From an uncultured Anaerolineales bacterium (GTDB taxonomy: Bacteria; Planctomycetota; Phycisphaerae; FEN-1346), in contig CAZIJC010000002.1 in assembly GCA_964539385.1 (NCBI GenBank), forward strand, positions 16,001-80,000: a stretch of DNA of 64,000 bases, given 5' to 3'. The notes beneath the pieces are model-generated. The model was not told where the DNA came from, ran no database searches, and saw nothing but the letters and a program-made list of their open reading frames with translations. Position numbers and translations under genes: made by a program. Positions 1 to 10,325 of the stretch are shown one piece after another (position 1 is the first letter of the stretch; each line of letters starts with the position of its first letter).

Positions 1-2
1 CC

Positions 3-2204
3 CTGAAGATCACCGACTTCGGCCTCATCGGTCATTCGGGCGGCAAGACCAGTTTGCCGATGGGAACGACCAAGTACATGGCCCCCGAGATGTTCACGGG
101 CGCGCCGGTCGACGCCCGGGCCGACCTGTACAGCCTGGGGATGATCGCCTACGAGATGTTCGTCGGGCCGGAGAAGTTCACGGAGGTGTTCCGCGACGTT
201 CTGCGCGACCAGCGCGCCCAGCAGGTCCGGTGGATGCACTGGCACTCCAACCCGGCGCTGAAGGCCCCGCCGCTGCGCGACCTTCAGCCGGGCATCCCGC
301 CGCTTGTGGCCAAGATCGTCGAGCGCATGACGGAGAAGGACCCGTCGAGACGGTTCGCCTCGTCCGAGCAGGTCATCAAGTGGCTGCGGCGGATCTTCGT
401 CATGCACGTCCAGGGCAAGAGCGTTTCGCAGACCGACTCCAAGACGCTGGAGAAGGAGATGGAAGCCGACGCGACGGCTGTGGTGCCGACGGCGGTCGCC
501 GCGGCCGGTCGGGCCGCCGCGGCGGGCCAGGCCGCCCCCGCCGGGGCGGTGGCGGTGGCCGGCGCGCGGGCCGGCATCGCGCCGCCCGTCGAGAGCGGCG
601 AGACGACCGCGCCGCTTCCCGTGCCGAAGTGGACGTGGAAGCGGGCCACGTTCTGGGGGACCCTCATCGGGGGTCCGCTGATAGCGGCGGCGGTGGGCCT
701 GCTCATCTGGTCCCACTACGAGACGCTTGAACTGGAGCGCGATATCGCACAGGTGCTGGCGGAGGCCGAGGACCAGTTCAACCGCGGCGAGTGGGCCCTG
801 GCGGACCAGAGTTTCACCGACATCGTCCGGACCGACCGGTTCCGCAAACTGGAATCCAAGATGGTCTACGCCAAGCAGCACGCCTTGATGGCCCGGGCGG
901 AACTGTCGCTGGAGAAGAAGGAGTGGGAGAAGGCCGACTCCAACGCCAACATCGCGTCGCAGAAGTTCGGCGTCTCGCCCGCCTGGGTCACGGACTTCAA
1001 GCGGCGGTTCAACAAGGCACGGGACGTCGAACAGGTCATGAAAGAGGTGGAACTGGCCTCAGGCAACGGCAACTACGAGCAGGCGATTTCGCTGCTCGAA
1101 GAACTTCAGGCCAAGTACGCCGATCTCGACCTCAACGCGCAGATCGCCGAGTTCCGCGAAAGGAAGGAACTCGGGGAATACACGGGCCTGGTGGACCAGG
1201 GCAAGCAGCACTTCGAGCGGAAGAACCTCGACGCCGCACAGACGGCCTTTGAGGCCGCACGCAAGATCCGGCCCGGGTCGGAGATCGACGGCCTGCTTCA
1301 AATGGTCGCCATCGAGAAGCAGTACCTTCAGGTGGTCGGGCTTGCCCAGAGGGCCACCGCGGACGGCAAGTGGGCCGAGGCGGTGTCCTACTACCTGGAG
1401 ATCATGAAGATCAGGCCCTCCGAGGCCGTCCGCACCGCCATGAACAACGCCAAGGCCGAGGACCTTGCCGGTCGGGCCAAGACCCTGGCAGAGAACAAAC
1501 TGATGGAGGAGGCCACGGCGCTGGCGACCCAGATCCTCAGTCTCAACCCCAACCACGCATGGGCACTGGAGTTTCTCAAGAAGGCCGGCCGCCAGCGGAC
1601 GCTCGACAACTTCGTGAAGGCCGCCAAGGCCGCCATGGCCAAGGCCCAGTGGGACCAGGTCATCAACACCTGCAAGGAGATCGAGAAACTCCTGACCGAC
1701 GCCGACGCCGACCTCAAGACCCAGGTCGAGGCGTGGAAAACGCAAGCGCACTACCAAACGGCCATGGCCCGCGCGGGCGAGGCCCTGAACCAGAAGAACT
1801 TCACCGAAGCGGAGACCCTCGCCACGAAGGCCCAAACCTTCAAGGACACCAGCGACGTGAACACGCTCATCGAGAAGATCGACACCCACCGCCAGTACTA
1901 CGGCCACCTGGACCTGGGCAAGGAACTCCTGAGCCAGATCAAGTACGTCCCGGCACTGGAGTCCCTCATACGGGCCAAGAAGGTGATGAACACCCAGGAG
2001 GTCCGCAACCTGATTACCGAATGCAACTACCGCCGGTACTTGTCACAGGGCAAGTCATACCTGAAAGACATGCGGTACAAGCAAGCCTTGTCGGTCCTGA
2101 AGATGGCCCAGCGAGCCAAAGATGACATCACGATCCAGGCGATCATCCAGCAGGCAGCGCTGCTGGCGGCCGAACAGGAGAAAAAGCAGAACAAGAAGAA
2201 GTGA
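3..2204 (+). CDS. Membrane Ser/Thr (Hanks-type) protein kinase with C-terminal TPR-like repeats; 5' part lies outside the window
   Basis: Frame from base 3 reads LKITDFGLIG...GTTKYMAPE...ADLYSLG (kinase subdomains VII-IX), then a TM helix (TFWGTLIGGPLIAAAVGLLIW) and helical TPR-like repeats. Confidence 0.9.
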   Translation: MKITDFGLIGHSGGKTSLPMGTTKYMAPEMFTGAPVDARADLYSLGMIAYEMFVGPEKFTEVFRDVLRDQRAQQVRWMHWHSNPALKAPPLRDLQPGIPPLVAKIVERMTEKDPSRRFASSEQVIKWLRRIFVMHVQGKSVSQTDSKTLEKEMEADATAVVPTAVAAAGRAAAAGQAAPAGAVAVAGARAGIAPPVESGETTAPLPVPKWTWKRATFWGTLIGGPLIAAAVGLLIWSHYETLELERDIAQVLAEAEDQFNRGEWALADQSFTDIVRTDRFRKLESKMVYAKQHALMARAELSLEKKEWEKADSNANIASQKFGVSPAWVTDFKRRFNKARDVEQVMKEVELASGNGNYEQAISLLEELQAKYADLDLNAQIAEFRERKELGEYTGLVDQGKQHFERKNLDAAQTAFEAARKIRPGSEIDGLLQMVAIEKQYLQVVGLAQRATADGKWAEAVSYYLEIMKIRPSEAVRTAMNNAKAEDLAGRAKTLAENKLMEEATALATQILSLNPNHAWALEFLKKAGRQRTLDNFVKAAKAAMAKAQWDQVINTCKEIEKLLTDADADLKTQVEAWKTQAHYQTAMARAGEALNQKNFTEAETLATKAQTFKDTSDVNTLIEKIDTHRQYYGHLDLGKELLSQIKYVPALESLIRAKKVMNTQEVRNLITECNYRRYLSQGKSYLKDMRYKQALSVLKMAQRAKDDITIQAIIQQAALLAAEQEKKQNKKK

Positions 2205-2212
2205 GGTGGCCC

Positions 2213-4192
2213 ATGCCCGGTTCACGCAATCCTGAGGCGCGTCGGTCCCGCATCGCACGCGCTCGCGCCGCGCTCGGGCACCTGCACGGATGCGAGCGCG
2301 GCCAGGCGATCTACGTGATGATCCTGTTCTTCTTCCTGTTGGCGGGCCTGCTGTTCCTGGTCCTCACGAGCGGCGAGAAACTCAACCACAAGGTCCAGAT
2401 GCAGAGCGCGGCCGACTCGGCAACCGCCACGGGCGCCGCGTGGTTCGCCCGAGGCCTGAACGTCATCTCGATGTGCAACGTGGCCGAGACGCAACTGTTG
2501 AGCCTCATCGTGCTTCTGGACACGCTGGAGACGGTCACGCCACCCGCCGGCGAGTGCATCGACGACCTGGTCGAGAACATCGGCTCCTCGAAGGCCGGGC
2601 GCGATATTCCGATCGACGACCGGATCTCCGAGTGGCTGGCGGTCGGCAATGCCGCTTCCGAGCAGCGGATCATCCGGAAACTCGACGATATCGTCCGCGA
2701 GATCGATTGGCCCGATTACCTGACGTACGATAACGGCGTCCTGTGGGAATGCACGAAACTCATGGACGGCTTCATGCACGTGATGCGCGAAATCACGCCG
2801 CTGGCGGCACAGCGAGAGGCCGTCGACATCGCCGACGAATGCGGCGCCGACTTCGGATTCATCCTGCCGCTCTATCCGGAACTGCCCGTCCGAGACGGCG
2901 AGTGGCTCGATTTCGAGAACCCCATGCGGGCCGGCCGTATGCCACCGGAAGGCGGACAGGACCCCGACCGCGCGAAGATCATCGGCGGATTCGCACACGT
3001 GATGAACTACCGAGGCTATTACCCGGATTACCTGTACAAAGGCGAGATCCAAAGCGGCCGGGGACCCGTCATGGGGCCATGGTCGTACTGGCGTGAGCCG
3101 TTTACGGCCACCCGGCCGATGGGCCTCTTGGACATCAGCCGCTTCTCGGTCCTGTTCAACCTGGTCTCGTCGCGCAAACTGGAGATGATGTTCGGCACAC
3201 CCGACCCCCAGGTATCGCTGCGCAACTGGGAGATGCAGTACGACACGGCCAAGGACATGAGCGACAACGACATCCTCCGCACGTGGTGGGAGACCGTTTC
3301 GTTCAGTTGCCGCCACCCGTACCCGCAAGACACGTTCTTCTCGAACATTGACCTGCGGCACTATCACCGTCCGACGATCCACACGCATGCGTACGATGGC
3401 TGGCGTGACCTTCCGTCTCCGCCGCGGTCGGGGAACGAACCCATGCCGGGTGTCGAGCAAGGGGTGTCCGTCCCGCAGGGCTGGCAGCGGTCCACGCAGC
3501 CGCAGGAGGGGGCCGACCCCCGCCAGGCGGTCTGGTACGCCGTCACCAAGCACTGGACGTACCATTTCCCGCAGTTGGGAATCTTTGCGCCGCACCCGCC
3601 GGTTCATCCGGACGGTTCGAAGTGGGAGTACACGAACCCGTCGGACTGGAAGGTGTACTACCGGGTACAGATGCGCCGATTTGACGGGGCGGAACTCGAT
3701 ACCGACGAGGAGTTGCACCGCAACTACCTGCCGCCGGGCGGCAACGCCCCCTTCGCGCCCATCATGTTCGACCTCGTCACGGGCGAGCACACCTGGGAGA
3801 ACATCGACAGGTACTTCACCTTCAATGGGTTCGCCTACCGGTCCGGCAAGGTGCGCCACTGGCGAAAGCCGCCCGAGGGGGAAAGGCAGACCACGGGGTT
3901 CCTCAATCCGAACCCCATCGAGGAACTTATCGCCTACGCCCAGGCCCGCGTGTACGCCCGGTACAGTTGGGACCTGTTCACGCAGCACTGGAAGGTCAAA
4001 CTGATGCGGACCGACCGATGGAAGGGGGGTCTGCGGCCGGACTACCGCATGGTGGCAATGAGCCTGGCGAGCGAACTCGGCAAGAGCGTTCCGGGCCAGT
4101 TGGCCGACGTGTTGACGCGCGAACGGATCGAGCCGGTCGAGCGCATGGTCGACGCCTACGATGACCAGTTTGTGGCGGAGTTTACCCATTGA
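2213..4192 (+). CDS. TadG/Tad-domain pilin-like protein with large C-terminal domain
   Basis: ERG|QAIYVMILFFFLLAGLLFLV...QMQSAADSATATGA pattern typical of TadE/G-like N-termini; GAGGT RBS before the ATG; Tad context. Confidence 0.75.
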   Translation: MPGSRNPEARRSRIARARAALGHLHGCERGQAIYVMILFFFLLAGLLFLVLTSGEKLNHKVQMQSAADSATATGAAWFARGLNVISMCNVAETQLLSLIVLLDTLETVTPPAGECIDDLVENIGSSKAGRDIPIDDRISEWLAVGNAASEQRIIRKLDDIVREIDWPDYLTYDNGVLWECTKLMDGFMHVMREITPLAAQREAVDIADECGADFGFILPLYPELPVRDGEWLDFENPMRAGRMPPEGGQDPDRAKIIGGFAHVMNYRGYYPDYLYKGEIQSGRGPVMGPWSYWREPFTATRPMGLLDISRFSVLFNLVSSRKLEMMFGTPDPQVSLRNWEMQYDTAKDMSDNDILRTWWETVSFSCRHPYPQDTFFSNIDLRHYHRPTIHTHAYDGWRDLPSPPRSGNEPMPGVEQGVSVPQGWQRSTQPQEGADPRQAVWYAVTKHWTYHFPQLGIFAPHPPVHPDGSKWEYTNPSDWKVYYRVQMRRFDGAELDTDEELHRNYLPPGGNAPFAPIMFDLVTGEHTWENIDRYFTFNGFAYRSGKVRHWRKPPEGERQTTGFLNPNPIEELIAYAQARVYARYSWDLFTQHWKVKLMRTDRWKGGLRPDYRMVAMSLASELGKSVPGQLADVLTRERIEPVERMVDAYDDQFVAEFTH

Positions 4193-4854
4193 AAGCGACA
4201 AGAACCCAAACCCGACGCCGGGCACGCAGGGGAAACGCACTGCTGGAGTTCATGCTGACCCTGCCGATCATCATCTTCATGGCCGGCGTGACGATGTACA
4301 TGTCGTTCGCCATGCTGGCCAGGCAGAATGCCCTCGTGGCTTGCCGCCGCAGCCTCTGGCACAGCGCCGGCCACGGGGGCTGGACCAGCATGAAACTCGA
4401 GGGAACCGTGCCCGGCATGGATGAGGACGACGGCACACAGCGTCCGCGCGGCCAGGGGGAGGAACTCGACCGCCTTCGGCCGGAAGTCGAACCGGAGACC
4501 ATCGCCACAACGACGAACCCCCTGGCCCGCGAGTACTGGTACCGCATCTGGGACAACCTGCCCGGCCGCCACGAGAGCAAGGCCTCGCGGTCGTTCAAGA
4601 CGGCGCCGCTCTGGAGGTTCATTAAAGGCCCCGCCCGGGCCGAGCACAAGCGCGACTCGAGCCCCTGGCATTTCTATCACATCGATGCCTGGAAGATCGC
4701 CCGCGCCGGCCCGCTCAAAGAGATCTTCGAGGCGTTTCGCGAGAACCTCGAAATGGAGACGTTCGCCCCACATTTCGAGCAGACCCGCGACGACATCATG
4801 CGCCGCTGGTGGCACGGCAGCGACATCCTCCGCGAGGAAGACCAGTACAACTGA
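4189..4854 (+). CDS. TadE-like pseudopilin
   Basis: RRG|NALLEFMLTLPIIIF prepilin cleavage site with Glu at +5; start overlaps the upstream stop. Confidence 0.85.
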   Translation: MKATRTQTRRRARRGNALLEFMLTLPIIIFMAGVTMYMSFAMLARQNALVACRRSLWHSAGHGGWTSMKLEGTVPGMDEDDGTQRPRGQGEELDRLRPEVEPETIATTTNPLAREYWYRIWDNLPGRHESKASRSFKTAPLWRFIKGPARAEHKRDSSPWHFYHIDAWKIARAGPLKEIFEAFRENLEMETFAPHFEQTRDDIMRRWWHGSDILREEDQYN

Positions 4855-4861
4855 CCGGTCC

Positions 4862-4884
4862 GAGCCGCGACCGTGAGGGAGCGG
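4862..4884. repeat. REP-like element, single arm
   Basis: GAGCCGCGACCGTGAGGGAGCGG resembles the left arm of the palindrome at 19837-19890. Confidence 0.5.
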
Positions 4885-4931
4885 CCGCGCACGCAATACC
4901 TATATCATTGCTGGCAGGACACACGCAGGCC

Positions 4932-5681
4932 ATGACGCACGAGTCGTCCAATTCCGAAGGCGGCCAGCCGCCCGACAAGCGGCGCAAACGACGCTCCCGC
5001 GTGTGGCGCGTTGCGGCCATCATCGTCGTGATCCTTGTGACGCTCGCCCTGGCGCATTACCTTCGGCACCCGGCCGGGGTCTGGGACGGCGATGAGGGCG
5101 GCGGCAACCTGACGTTCGGCCAGTGGCCGCCCGAGGTCGAGCCCTCCGGCCGTACAGCCCGTCCGGGCGGTCCGCCGAAACCCGACGCGAGACCCACCAC
5201 CGACGAGGAGGCGACAGACGATCTGCGACAGGTCATGGCCGGACTCGTGATGGCCGCCATCGGCGACGGCGCCGACACCGACGACCCGCGCGACCAGGAC
5301 GCCGAGGCGAAGCGGCGGTTCATCGCCGACGCCTTCGGCCTGCCGTACGACTATCCGCGTAACAAGGCGCCCGCCGACCTCATGCCACAGGACGCCCAGG
5401 TCCTGATGGTCTTCGAGAATCCCGAGCACGCCGGTTGTCGCATGGTCCTCGTCCGGATGCGCAAGGACGTCGGCGCGGCGCTCGAGGCCTTCTGCAAAGC
5501 CTACGACCAGAAAGGGTGGCAGTGGAACGAACTTGCCAATCCCCGAAAAGACCGTGACTCCCAGCCGGACCCCGGGTGGCTCGTCCGGTTCCACAAGGGC
5601 AAACGCGAACGCATCGTGTACGCCCGCGCCCGCGCCGGCGGCGAAGAAACGCTGGTAGCCATTTACGATCCGCGGTATTAG
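4932..5681 (+). CDS. Hypothetical single-TM membrane-anchored protein in the Tad operon
   Basis: Basic stretch, then TM (VAAIIVVILVTLALAHYL), Pro-rich linker and globular domain; lies between tadE and cpaB. Confidence 0.7.
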   Translation: MTHESSNSEGGQPPDKRRKRRSRVWRVAAIIVVILVTLALAHYLRHPAGVWDGDEGGGNLTFGQWPPEVEPSGRTARPGGPPKPDARPTTDEEATDDLRQVMAGLVMAAIGDGADTDDPRDQDAEAKRRFIADAFGLPYDYPRNKAPADLMPQDAQVLMVFENPEHAGCRMVLVRMRKDVGAALEAFCKAYDQKGWQWNELANPRKDRDSQPDPGWLVRFHKGKRERIVYARARAGGEETLVAIYDPRY

Positions 5682-5716
5682 AGCCACGCGGGGACAGGCG
5701 AAGCGAAGGAGCACCG

Positions 5717-6484
5717 ATGGCGAGACGAAAGCAAAACCCCTGGCTTCCGAGCGGCGGCGTGCTGGTCGTGGCGGTGATTGCGGCCGTCCTGGCCGGCATC
5801 CTCCTCAACGTGTACGTCATGTATCTGAAGAGTTCCTACGAGGCCGGGGCGGAGATGTTCCTCCAGTTGAAGAGGAACGTGGCGAAGGGTAAGCCCATCG
5901 AGTCCGCCGACATCATGGCGTTCCGCGTTCCCCAGCCGTTGCTTCCGAGTTTCTCCCAGGTCGTCAAGGCGCGGTACAAGGACAGTTCAGTCATCGGCAA
6001 CAAGCCCCGCCGCAACATGTTCAAGGGCGAGTTCCTGCTGAATACCGATTTCCTGCCCGGTTCGGCCAGAAAACTTGATAATATTCGCCCGGGCTACGAG
6101 CGGATGACGATCGAAATCCAGCCCGAACCGCTCCTGCAACCGGGAGCCTTCATCACCATCCGCGGGGCCTTCGACACCAACCCCGACGAGCGGAAAGAAG
6201 ACCGCGAGATCATGGACGTTCTGTATAATATCCAGGTCAAGGCCGTCGGCGGGTCCGCCGAGCCGACCGAGGACAGGCGGCGGGCCGACAACAACATCCA
6301 GATTGAGTTGAAATCGACCCAGGCCAAGCAGTTGCTCCAGATCAAAGAGGTCCTCGTTGACAAGCACTTTGTCGTCTCACTCAGCCCGTCGCCGACGGGC
6401 AAGGCGGGCGAGCCGAAGTTCGCCGACGCCATACTCGACCACATTGCCAAATTGAGGAGAGTCGTGCCGCCGGTCTCGCCGTAA
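5717..6484 (+). CDS. cpaB: CpaB/RcpC-like pilus assembly protein (SAF domain)
   Basis: N-terminal TM, SAF-like segment (RNVAKGKPIESADI...IGNKPRRNMFKGEFL), IRPGYERMTI...LLQPG; AAGGAG RBS; directly upstream of the ATPase. Confidence 0.75.
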   Translation: MARRKQNPWLPSGGVLVVAVIAAVLAGILLNVYVMYLKSSYEAGAEMFLQLKRNVAKGKPIESADIMAFRVPQPLLPSFSQVVKARYKDSSVIGNKPRRNMFKGEFLLNTDFLPGSARKLDNIRPGYERMTIEIQPEPLLQPGAFITIRGAFDTNPDERKEDREIMDVLYNIQVKAVGGSAEPTEDRRRADNNIQIELKSTQAKQLLQIKEVLVDKHFVVSLSPSPTGKAGEPKFADAILDHIAKLRRVVPPVSP

Positions 6485-6511
6485 GCAGGCCACACAGGGG
6501 CGCAAGAGCCC

Positions 6512-8401
6512 ATGCGCGTTATCGCGTACAGCCAGTTGAGCGACGTGCGGCAGGAGATCGAACTGACCGGGGAGGTTCTGCGCATCGGCCGCGACCCCGC
6601 CAACGACCTCGAACTGCCCAGCCCGTTCGTCTCGCGCGAGCACGCGCGAATCATCACACGCGACGGCGACTACCTCATCGAGAACGTCGGGCTGAACGGC
6701 ACGCTTGTCGATGACGACCTGGTCGGGGTGGGCGAGCAGGTCAAGATCGCACCCGGCCAGGAGATTCACATCGGCGAGTGGGCGCTGTACCTGTCGGCCG
6801 ACGAGGCCGTCCAGCCCACCGACAAGGCCATCAGGATTCACCGAGAACGCACCCCACTGGCCAAGGCGATGGCTGTCGAGAAAAAGGTCCACGGCGAACT
6901 CCTGCGCCGGCTCAACCTGCGGACCATCGACGTCGAGGCGCAGGACGACCCCCGCTACGTGGACCACATCAAGGCCCACCTGTCGGCCGTCATCGACGGC
7001 ATCATCAGCGAGGTCGACGATGAGTCGGGCTGGTTCCTGGTGGCGCAGCAACTGAAGCGCGACGTCATTACCGAGATCTCCCGCCGCGCGGGCAGCAAGA
7101 TGCGGCCGCCCATCCTGAAGGCCGGCGACGCCGTTCTCGACCCGCAGTACGAGGCGGGTCTGCTGCGAATGCGCGACCTTTTGATCCAGGACCTCGGCCT
7201 GAAATTCGGTGCAGCGAACGTCAAGGAAGACGTCGAGGCCGTCGAGGAACGGTTCCACGAAGAGTTCAACCGCGAGGCCCCGCAGGTCACCGAGTCGCTC
7301 TGGGTCTACATCGTTCGCCGCTACATCTTGAAGGACATCCTCGACATCGTGGTCGGCCTCGGCCCCATCCAGGACCTGCTCGACATGCCGAACGTAACCG
7401 AGGTCATGGTCGTGGGCCCGAGCAAGATCTATATTGAAGAAACCGGCGTCATCCGCAACACCGGCCGATCGTTCTTCTCCGACGAGATCGTCCTGACGGT
7501 CATCGAGCGCATCGTCACGCCCCTCGGCCGGCGCATCGACCGCTCCAGCCCCATCGTCGACGCCCGGCTGCCCGACGGCAGCCGTGTCAACGCCACGATC
7601 GAGCCGTTGAGTCTCTGCGGACCGGTCCTGACGATCCGCAAGTTCTCCGAGACGCCGTTCACGATCGACGACCTCATCGGTTTCGGAACCATCACGCCGT
7701 TTGCCGCCAACTTCCTGCGGGCCTGCGTCCTGGGGCGCAAGAACGTGCTGGTCTCGGGCGGCACGGCGTCCGGCAAGACCACCCTTCTGAACGTCGTCAG
7801 CGCCTACATCCCGCCGCACGAGCGCATCATCACCATCGAGGACTCGGCCGAGTTGCAGATGTACCAGGAGCACGTGGTACGCGTCGAGACACGCCAGGCC
7901 AACGTCGAGGGCAAGGGCCGCTACACCATTCGGGCACTCGTCCAGAACGCGCTGCGGCAGCGGCCGGACCGCATCATCGTCGGCGAGGTCCGCGGCGCCG
8001 AGGCTCTCGACATGCTACAGGCCATGAACACCGGCCACGACGGGTCCCTCACAACCATCCACGCCAACAGCCCCCAGGACGCCATGAAACGCCTCGAGGG
8101 CCTCGTCCTGGAGGCCGTGGACATGCCCGTGCGGGCCATCCGCGAGCAGATCGTCACCGCCCTCGACGCCGTCGTCCACCTGACGCGATTCGCCGACGGA
8201 CGCCGCGAGGTCACCGCCGTCAGCGAGATTGCCGGCCTGGACCGCGATGAGGGCGACATCGTCGTGGAAGACATCTTCGTGCGGCCGATGATCGGCACGG
8301 AGCGCGGCAAGCGCGGAGAACTGATGCACACCGGCTATATACCGCTGTTCGCCAAGGACCTGCTCCACAAGGGCCTCCTGACCGTTGATGCGTTCATGTA
8401 A
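6512..8401 (+). CDS. cpaF: CpaF/TadA pilus ATPase with N-terminal FHA domain
   Basis: FHA motifs IGR, VSREH, NGT; Walker [10 protein letters not shown]; TIEDSAEL; [12 protein letters not shown]; [16 protein letters not shown]. Confidence 0.93.
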   Translation: MRVIAYSQLSDVRQEIELTGEVLRIGRDPANDLELPSPFVSREHARIITRDGDYLIENVGLNGTLVDDDLVGVGEQVKIAPGQEIHIGEWALYLSADEAVQPTDKAIRIHRERTPLAKAMAVEKKVHGELLRRLNLRTIDVEAQDDPRYVDHIKAHLSAVIDGIISEVDDESGWFLVAQQLKRDVITEISRRAGSKMRPPILKAGDAVLDPQYEAGLLRMRDLLIQDLGLKFGAANVKEDVEAVEERFHEEFNREAPQVTESLWVYIVRRYILKDILDIVVGLGPIQDLLDMPNVTEVMVVGPSKIYIEETGVIRNTGRSFFSDEIVLTVIERIVTPLGRRIDRSSPIVDARLPDGSRVNATIEPLSLCGPVLTIRKFSETPFTIDDLIGFGTITPFAANFLRACVLGRKNVLVSGGTASGKTTLLNVVSAYIPPHERIITIEDSAELQMYQEHVVRVETRQANVEGKGRYTIRALVQNALRQRPDRIIVGEVRGAEALDMLQAMNTGHDGSLTTIHANSPQDAMKRLEGLVLEAVDMPVRAIREQIVTALDAVVHLTRFADGRREVTAVSEIAGLDRDEGDIVVEDIFVRPMIGTERGKRGELMHTGYIPLFAKDLLHKGLLTVDAFM

Positions 8402-8404
8402 ACC

Positions 8405-9304
8405 ATGACCGAACTCGTTCCACTAGCCCAGGATGTGCTGTTGTATCGCGGCGGGGCAACCCTGCTGGCGATGTTTGCGGCGTTCTGCGCCGTCATCTCG
8501 CTGCGGCTGCCGTTTCGCGCGCTTATCCGCAAGCAGGAGGAGGACTTCCACGGCGCGCTGGTCGAGTTGTTCATGTTCGACGTCACGCCGCGCCAACTGA
8601 CCTACGTCATGTTTGGCGGGGCGTTTGTCGCAGGCCTCATCCTCGCGCTGCTTGCCAACCACGCCGAGGCGGGGATACTCGGCGTCATCATCACGTTCGT
8701 GGTCGGGATGGTCCTCGGCTACTGGGTGCCGCGCCTCGTCATCTTCGTCCTCCAGCGGCGCAGGCGCGACAAACTCAACGAGCAACTCATCGACGGCCTG
8801 GTGACCCTGGCCAACGGCATGCGAGCCGGGCTGAACCTGGTTCAATCGATGAAATTGATCGAGGACAACACCGAGCCGCCCATCAGCCAGGAGTTCGGCC
8901 TCATGCTCCGAGAGTTCGAGCACGGCACCAGCGTCGATGAGGTCATGCGGCGGGCGTCGGCCAGGCTGAAGTTGCACCACTACCAACTCCTGTTTGCCGC
9001 AATGGAGACCGCACGCATTCGCGGCGGGAACCTGCCCGAGACGCTCGACCGGCTCGGCGAGTCGCTCCGCGAGATCATTCGGCTCGAAGAAAAGGTCAGG
9101 GCCCTGACCGCCGAGAACAAAATGAGCGCCATCATGATGGGCCTCATGCCCCTGGTCGTCGCGGGCATCTACTATATGATCGAGCCGACCTGGGTGGAGG
9201 CGCTCTTCAACGACGAGTACGGAATGCTCCTGCTCGTCATTGCCATCTTTCTGAACCTTGTCGGGTTCCTCTGGATTCGCAAGATCGTGACGTTCGAGAT
9301 CTAG
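8405..9304 (+). CDS. tadB: TadB (type II secretion F family) inner-membrane platform protein
   Basis: LANGMRAGLNL, EPPISQEF, GGNLPETLDRL, EKVRALTAE plus TM helices. Confidence 0.88.
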   Translation: MTELVPLAQDVLLYRGGATLLAMFAAFCAVISLRLPFRALIRKQEEDFHGALVELFMFDVTPRQLTYVMFGGAFVAGLILALLANHAEAGILGVIITFVVGMVLGYWVPRLVIFVLQRRRRDKLNEQLIDGLVTLANGMRAGLNLVQSMKLIEDNTEPPISQEFGLMLREFEHGTSVDEVMRRASARLKLHHYQLLFAAMETARIRGGNLPETLDRLGESLREIIRLEEKVRALTAENKMSAIMMGLMPLVVAGIYYMIEPTWVEALFNDEYGMLLLVIAIFLNLVGFLWIRKIVTFEI

Positions 9305-9328
9305 GCCGCAACGAGGGAGACGGACGGC

Positions 9329-10237
9329 GTGATTCTGATCGTCATCATCAACGTGCTGGTGTTCGCGTCGGTGTTTCTGTTCGTCTCTGCGCTGTTCCGC
9401 ACGCCGATCGAGACGGAGGATGCATCCGCATTCCGGATCGAGGTGGACAATATTGATCGCGACACCATCTTCGAGAGCGCTTTCATGCGGCCGTTCCTGG
9501 TTCCCATCTACCACGTGGTTCGGCGGCTGAACATGCCGGGTCTGAAGCGGCACATCCTGAAACTGCTTATGGCCCTCGGCAATCCGAACCAATACACCTC
9601 CGACGAGTACCTGGTCATCTGCACGGTGTGGGGCCTGATCGCGGCCATCGCGCTGTGGCTGGGGGTCTGGGCGATGCTGGGGTACCTCTCGATTCTGGCC
9701 CTGCTGGGCTACCTGGCGGTCGGTTTTGCCGTGGGGTTCTTCACGGCGTACCTGCTGCTTCGCGAGCGGGCCTTGGCCCGTCTGCGTATGATTGCCAAGC
9801 GCCTGCCGTACACGCTCGACCTGATTGCCATGGCGATGGACGCCGGCGCGACGTTTTACGAGGCCGCCAACGCCGTTATCCGCGACGACCCGGAGGAACC
9901 GCTGAACCAGGAGTTCGGCATGGTGGTCCGGGAGATCGATTTCGGCCGCAGCCGCCAGGACGCCCTCACCCATCTGGGCCAACGCATCAACGTGGACGGC
10001 CTCGACGGCATCATTTCGGCCGTCCTTCAGGCCGAGCAACTCGGCACGCCGCTGGCCGAGGTCCTCAAACTCCAGTCAAACCTCCTCCGGATGCGCCGCA
10101 GCATGAAGGCCGAGAGGCGAGCCGGAGAGGCCGCCGTCAAGATGCTCGTGCCGTCCATGCTCATCCTCGTCGCCGTCGTCCTCGTCATCTTCGCCCCCAT
10201 CATCGTGCGCCTCATCCGTGGCCAGTACCTGGAGTAG
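9329..10237 (+). CDS. tadC: TadC (type II secretion F family) inner-membrane platform protein
   Basis: LPYTLDLIAMAMDAG, QAEQLGTPLAEVL, AERRAGEAAVKMLVP. Confidence 0.88.
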   Translation: MILIVIINVLVFASVFLFVSALFRTPIETEDASAFRIEVDNIDRDTIFESAFMRPFLVPIYHVVRRLNMPGLKRHILKLLMALGNPNQYTSDEYLVICTVWGLIAAIALWLGVWAMLGYLSILALLGYLAVGFAVGFFTAYLLLRERALARLRMIAKRLPYTLDLIAMAMDAGATFYEAANAVIRDDPEEPLNQEFGMVVREIDFGRSRQDALTHLGQRINVDGLDGIISAVLQAEQLGTPLAEVLKLQSNLLRMRRSMKAERRAGEAAVKMLVPSMLILVAVVLVIFAPIIVRLIRGQYLE

Positions 10238-10325
10238 AACCACGGTCGCCGGGATGTGGGGGGGGCGCTCCTGTAAGCGTCCAGACGCCTGCTCCCGGAA
10301 GTGGACAAAACACCTTCCGGTGCGC

